From: Asterionella formosa
Lineage: Eukaryota
Assembly: GCA_002256025.1 (NCBI GenBank)
Contig: NKIB01000207.1
Coordinates: 1-34,531 of the forward strand
Direction of reading: 5' to 3'
Length of the DNA stretch: 34,531 nucleotides
A program made the position numbers and the translations under genes. Under the pieces are notes generated by a model. That model ran no database searches, had not been told where the DNA came from, and worked only from the letters and a program-made list of their open reading frames with translations. Below, one piece after another: positions 31,095 through 34,531 of this stretch (positions are counted from its first letter, which is position 1; every line of letters starts with the position of its first letter).

Positions 31095-32699
31095 TTATGG
31101 TGCGCCCGCAGCGACCAAAGGAGTGGCAATCGAGGGTGAGGTGAACTTTTCGACGACACACATGTCTTCAAAGAAGCACTTGTGCAAGTTCAACACCGCA
31201 TTCTCCAACTGATCATCAGCTAAAATGAAAGAAATATTCACCTTGCTGGCACCTTGCGACATCATTTCAACTTTGATATTTTCGGTGGAGAAGACGCGAA
31301 AGACGGTTGCCAGCACTTCGCTTGAGCGTTCAACATCAGTAATTAGAGTGAGAATAGACTTGTTCTCTTTCAAGGTAACCTCGGCATAGGGTCCCATAGC
31401 CTTGATCAAACAGTCGATGCTATCCATTTTCTGTTTCTTGTCAAGAGTTAGTGAAACACTCACTTCACTACTGGCCAATACGTCGACACTGATCTTGTAC
31501 TTGTCAAAGTCACCAAAGACTTGAGCCAAAAATCCATAACACCCCAGCATCTGCGTAGAGTGAATGTCCATCAACTTAATATCACGTTTGTACGTAATTG
31601 CAGTGACAAGACGGGAGTCACCATCAACAACCTTCTTCCCGATCACAGTACCGACAGCGGAGGGGTTGTAGGAGTTTTTGACGCGAACAGGAACGTTGTA
31701 TTTCATGGCAGGCTGCATGGCAATCGGATGCAGGACCTGAGCTCCAAAGTATGCCAGCTCAGACGCTTCTTCGTAAGATACGCTATTTACTGGGATAGCG
31801 TTGACGACAAGGCGGGGGTCACTCGAGAGAATTCCGTCCACGTCCTTCCAAACTTGAATCTCGTCCAATTTCAACGCGCTCCCAATGGCAGTAGCAGTCA
31901 GGTCTGATCCACCACGCCCCAAGGTAGTGATCTTGCCGTTGGGATCGTGTCCAATGAAACCGGTAACGACAGCAACAATATTGGGGTCAAGGCTTCCAAA
32001 GGCAGCGCGGACAGCGTCTTCGTGGGAAGGAATCAGCCTTGCGTCGCCAAAGTTTGAGTCAGTCAAGATGCCCATTTCCCATGCATCAAAGGCCTGAGCA
32101 GGAATGCCAATTTGATTCAAGCGAGCAGCCATGATTCGTACAGCACAACGCTCACCATAACTAACAAGCTGGTCAAGAGATTTGGGAGAGAGCTCTTGAA
32201 TGAGGCGGACGCCATTCAGCATGTCTTCACATTCGTCTAAAAGGGCAGTGATATCTTTGGCAGTGTTTTCCGGAGTGTTGAACTCGTGCAGAGTGGCAGC
32301 ATGGAGAGTACGAATCGCGTCAATGTTGACCCGGCCTTCCAACGCAAAGCTACCAGCGCTCAATAGGTTGTTGGTCGTCTTGCCCATGGCGGAGCAGATC
32401 ACAGCGCGAGGTCGATACCCGAGGGCGATTTGGTCCTTGATAAGATTGGCCACATGATCGATTCTCTCAAAGTTCGCCAACGACGAGCCACCGAATTTCA
32501 TAGTCACGTCCTTTGGCACCTTGGTTGTGTCGGGTTGCCGTGTGATTGAGAGCTGCTCCTTGTAATCGCTGACAGCCTCATGCGCCTCCTCGTTGCCTGC
32601 AGCTTCATTTAACTTGATTGGCGGCGCAAAGGCTCGGATGGGCAACACAAACGCGGTTGCGCTGCTTGCAAGGAACAGCACTGACAGAACGAATCGCAT
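31095..32699 (-). CDS. lysC: Aspartate kinase, monofunctional with two ACT domains, plastid-targeted (534 aa)
   Basis: MKFGGSSL, CSAMGKTTN, LVSYGER, VTGFIG..ITTLGRGGSDLTA, WKDVDGILSSDPR, ELAYFGAQVLHP, SSEVSVS, MSQGASKVNISF. Bipartite presequence MRFVLSVLFLASSATA|F from ATG 32699. Confidence 0.96.
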   Translation of the reverse strand: MRFVLSVLFLASSATAFVLPIRAFAPPIKLNEAAGNEEAHEAVSDYKEQLSITRQPDTTKVPKDVTMKFGGSSLANFERIDHVANLIKDQIALGYRPRAVICSAMGKTTNNLLSAGSFALEGRVNIDAIRTLHAATLHEFNTPENTAKDITALLDECEDMLNGVRLIQELSPKSLDQLVSYGERCAVRIMAARLNQIGIPAQAFDAWEMGILTDSNFGDARLIPSHEDAVRAAFGSLDPNIVAVVTGFIGHDPNGKITTLGRGGSDLTATAIGSALKLDEIQVWKDVDGILSSDPRLVVNAIPVNSVSYEEASELAYFGAQVLHPIAMQPAMKYNVPVRVKNSYNPSAVGTVIGKKVVDGDSRLVTAITYKRDIKLMDIHSTQMLGCYGFLAQVFGDFDKYKISVDVLASSEVSVSLTLDKKQKMDSIDCLIKAMGPYAEVTLKENKSILTLITDVERSSEVLATVFRVFSTENIKVEMMSQGASKVNISFILADDQLENAVLNLHKCFFEDMCVVEKFTSPSIATPLVAAGAP

Positions 32700-32823
32700 G
32701 GGGTCAAGGAGCCGCCGAGAACAACGAAAGGCCAAGGTATACCGTACTGGGGAGGTGAGCAAAGCCCAATCAGTTTTTGCTGTGTTCTGGTTACTATGAA
32801 CGGTAACTCGAACCTGGACCATG

Positions 32824-33113
32824 TATGGTACCAGTACCAGTACCAGTGCCAGTGCCAGTAGCAGTACCATTACAAAACATGACGAACTCACATTGTGCAG
32901 ATCGACTACCTGGTACCCTGGGAGTACCTGGTGATTACAGGTAATTACTCCGGTTACGAGTGTGTCTTCATAGTACATAAGTAATTGTTGAAGGGAATAC
33001 CGGTACCGGTAAATAACCTTTGCCACCCTTAGTTAAACAACGATGTGGGCTGCTGTATAATGACTACCGGTATCTGGTACCCTGGTACCAGGTGCCAGGA
33101 CCAGGTACCGGTA
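32824..33113. repeat. TA-flanked CC..GG micro-unit cluster upstream of aspartate kinase, including a (TACCAG)n microsatellite
   Basis: TATGGTACCAGTACCAGTACCAGTGCCAGTGCCAGTA (from 32824); TACCTGGTACCCTGG; TACCGGTACCGGTA (32998-33011); TACCGGTATCTGGTACCCTGGTACCAGG..CCAGGTACCGGTA (33065-33113). Confidence 0.85.
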
Positions 33114-33215
33114 TTCGAAGACGACTGCCTTTGGCCCATACCTGCACCTAATCTGGTGGCTATGGCGTACAGTCTGTACGGTGCTCGCGCAGTATATTGT
33201 ACTCAGGTATTCTTA

Positions 33216-34531
33216 GGGTCGTTCTTATCATTTTCGATTTGGTATCATATTTTTTAAAAAAGTATCATGTAACGGCTACTCGATTTAAACCGAAAAAATG
33301 CATTCTCCACAAAAATAAAAATGAAATTGTATCACCCAAAAAGTATCACGAAAATTCAACAGTTACGGGCTGGCTACAATCATGTGCATATCCCTCCAGG
33401 CTTCCCTCCAGATTAATTCGATAATTTTCCATTACTAAAACCATGTAGGAAAACTACGCATATTATGTTCCAGGTATAGAATATATAGCTGACATACCTG
33501 CTAATTTTTTGATTTGCCATGGTCAACACAGACATGCAAGATCGTCTATACACTTCTTATTACACTTCCGCTTGCCATCGTCCCCTTTCAGTTTTACAAG
33601 CAATCAGCACCATGTCATCATTGTCACTGCACAACGACGAACAAGGGGATCAACATTGGACTGAAGAAGAAGGTGCCGTGAATATCAACGATGGCAATGA
33701 TGATGATGGTAATGATGTCATCAGTAATCAATTTTTTGATAATGAAAACAACCATCAATTCTTTGATTACGATGACCATGATCAATTCTTTATCCTTTGT
33801 CATCTGGCTCTGGAGGCTGAAACGAAAGTTAAAAAGAGGAAGGCGAAATGGGAGCATGAGAGAATGTCATGGCATTCTCATGTCAAGAAGCTGTGTCATG
33901 AGGACGCTTTTGAAAAGACTTATAGAATGTCCCTTCGAGCCTTTAAGAAGTTGGTTTACTTGCTGGAGAGTGATGTCATAGGGAATTTCTCCAAGTGCGG
34001 TACAGCTACTCCCATTTGTGCTGGCCATTGGCATTCGATGATTGGATGGAGGCAGCTACATTGACATTCGTCATGCCTATGGATGTAGCATAGCTTCAAT
34101 CTATAGATGCCGAGATTTATTTCTTGAAGCCATGCTTAACTGTGATTATCTGAAAATTATATTTCCTAAAACAAGGAGTGATTTGGTGAAATTGGCTATA
34201 GCCTTTGAACAAAAGAGCACAGAAGGGTTGATCAGAGGGTGTGTTGGTGCTATTGATGGTTTTTTAGCCACAATTAGTCGCCCCACGCTATGTGACTGTG
34301 GTGGAAACAATCCAGGAGCTTTTTATTCTGGACATTACATGACTTATGGTATCAATGTTCAGGCTATCTGTGATGTTGAGAGTAGATTTATATTTTTTGG
34401 GGTGATTGCTCCTGGACGATGCAGTGATCAAGTTGCATTTGAGAGAACTGCTCTACCCAACAAAACTGCATTATTTGATTCTGGTTTTTATCTTGTTGGT
34501 GATGCAGCATATACATTGTCAGATGTCATGT
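33216..34531 (+). mobile_element. PIF/Harbinger DNA transposon (left part) with disrupted DDE transposase; runs off window end
   Basis: FEKTYRMSLRAFKKLV, a frameshift near 34015-34020, then LAIGIR*LDGGSYIDI (TGA at 34039-34041), GCVGAIDG, FYSGHY.TYGINVQAICD..SRF....APG..SD, YLVGDAAY. The left end is tentatively placed at TTA|GGGTCGTTC, followed by repeated GTATCA motifs. Confidence 0.88.

Noticed and set aside
2060..32799. Numerous 60-170-aa ORFs antisense or out-of-frame within the called genes
   Set aside because: Shadow ORFs of real coding sequences with no motifs of their own.
32700..33026. 109-aa N-terminal extension of the aspartate kinase ORF with a hydrophobic stretch
   Set aside because: It starts at a non-ATG codon, and VLLLALALVLVLVP is just the translation of the (TACCAG)n repeat. 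A proper bipartite presequence starts at ATG 32699.

Overview
Eukaryotic nuclear DNA, most likely from a diatom. The evidence is short GT-AG introns, signal-peptide + 'AF' bipartite plastid presequences, and diatom-type copia, mariner and Harbinger relics. Twelve host genes are recognisable: an ARM-repeat membrane protein, a FAH-family hydrolase, a RusA-like resolvase, a coiled-coil protein, HYPK, a plastid membrane protein (2 exons), a DUF4392/D-glutamate-cyclase-like + GFA fusion, exportin-7 (3 exons), a GT90 glycosyltransferase, arylamine N-acetyltransferase, a signal-peptide-bearing phosphate carrier and plastid aspartate kinase. Ten of them form five successive tail-to-tail pairs, and the transposon debris lies in the head-to-head spacers or at the window ends. 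That debris comprises a full-length DD39D mariner with perfect 30-bp TIRs and a small second ORF, a 752-bp non-autonomous relative, a deleted copia, two Kolobok-like TTAA ends and a PIF/Harbinger element. The most unusual signal is a family of TA-flanked micro-units (TA-CCGG-TA, TA-CCWGG-TA, TA-CCAG/CTGG-TA, TA-CCCTGG/CCAGGG-TA, TA-CCATGG-TA) that form mixed-orientation arrays upstream of genes. Paired repeats inside this window show units present in one copy and absent from the other. This fits serial Tc1/mariner-type excision footprints accumulating at promoter hotspots; that mechanism is an inference. All family assignments come from motif recognition, not database searches.
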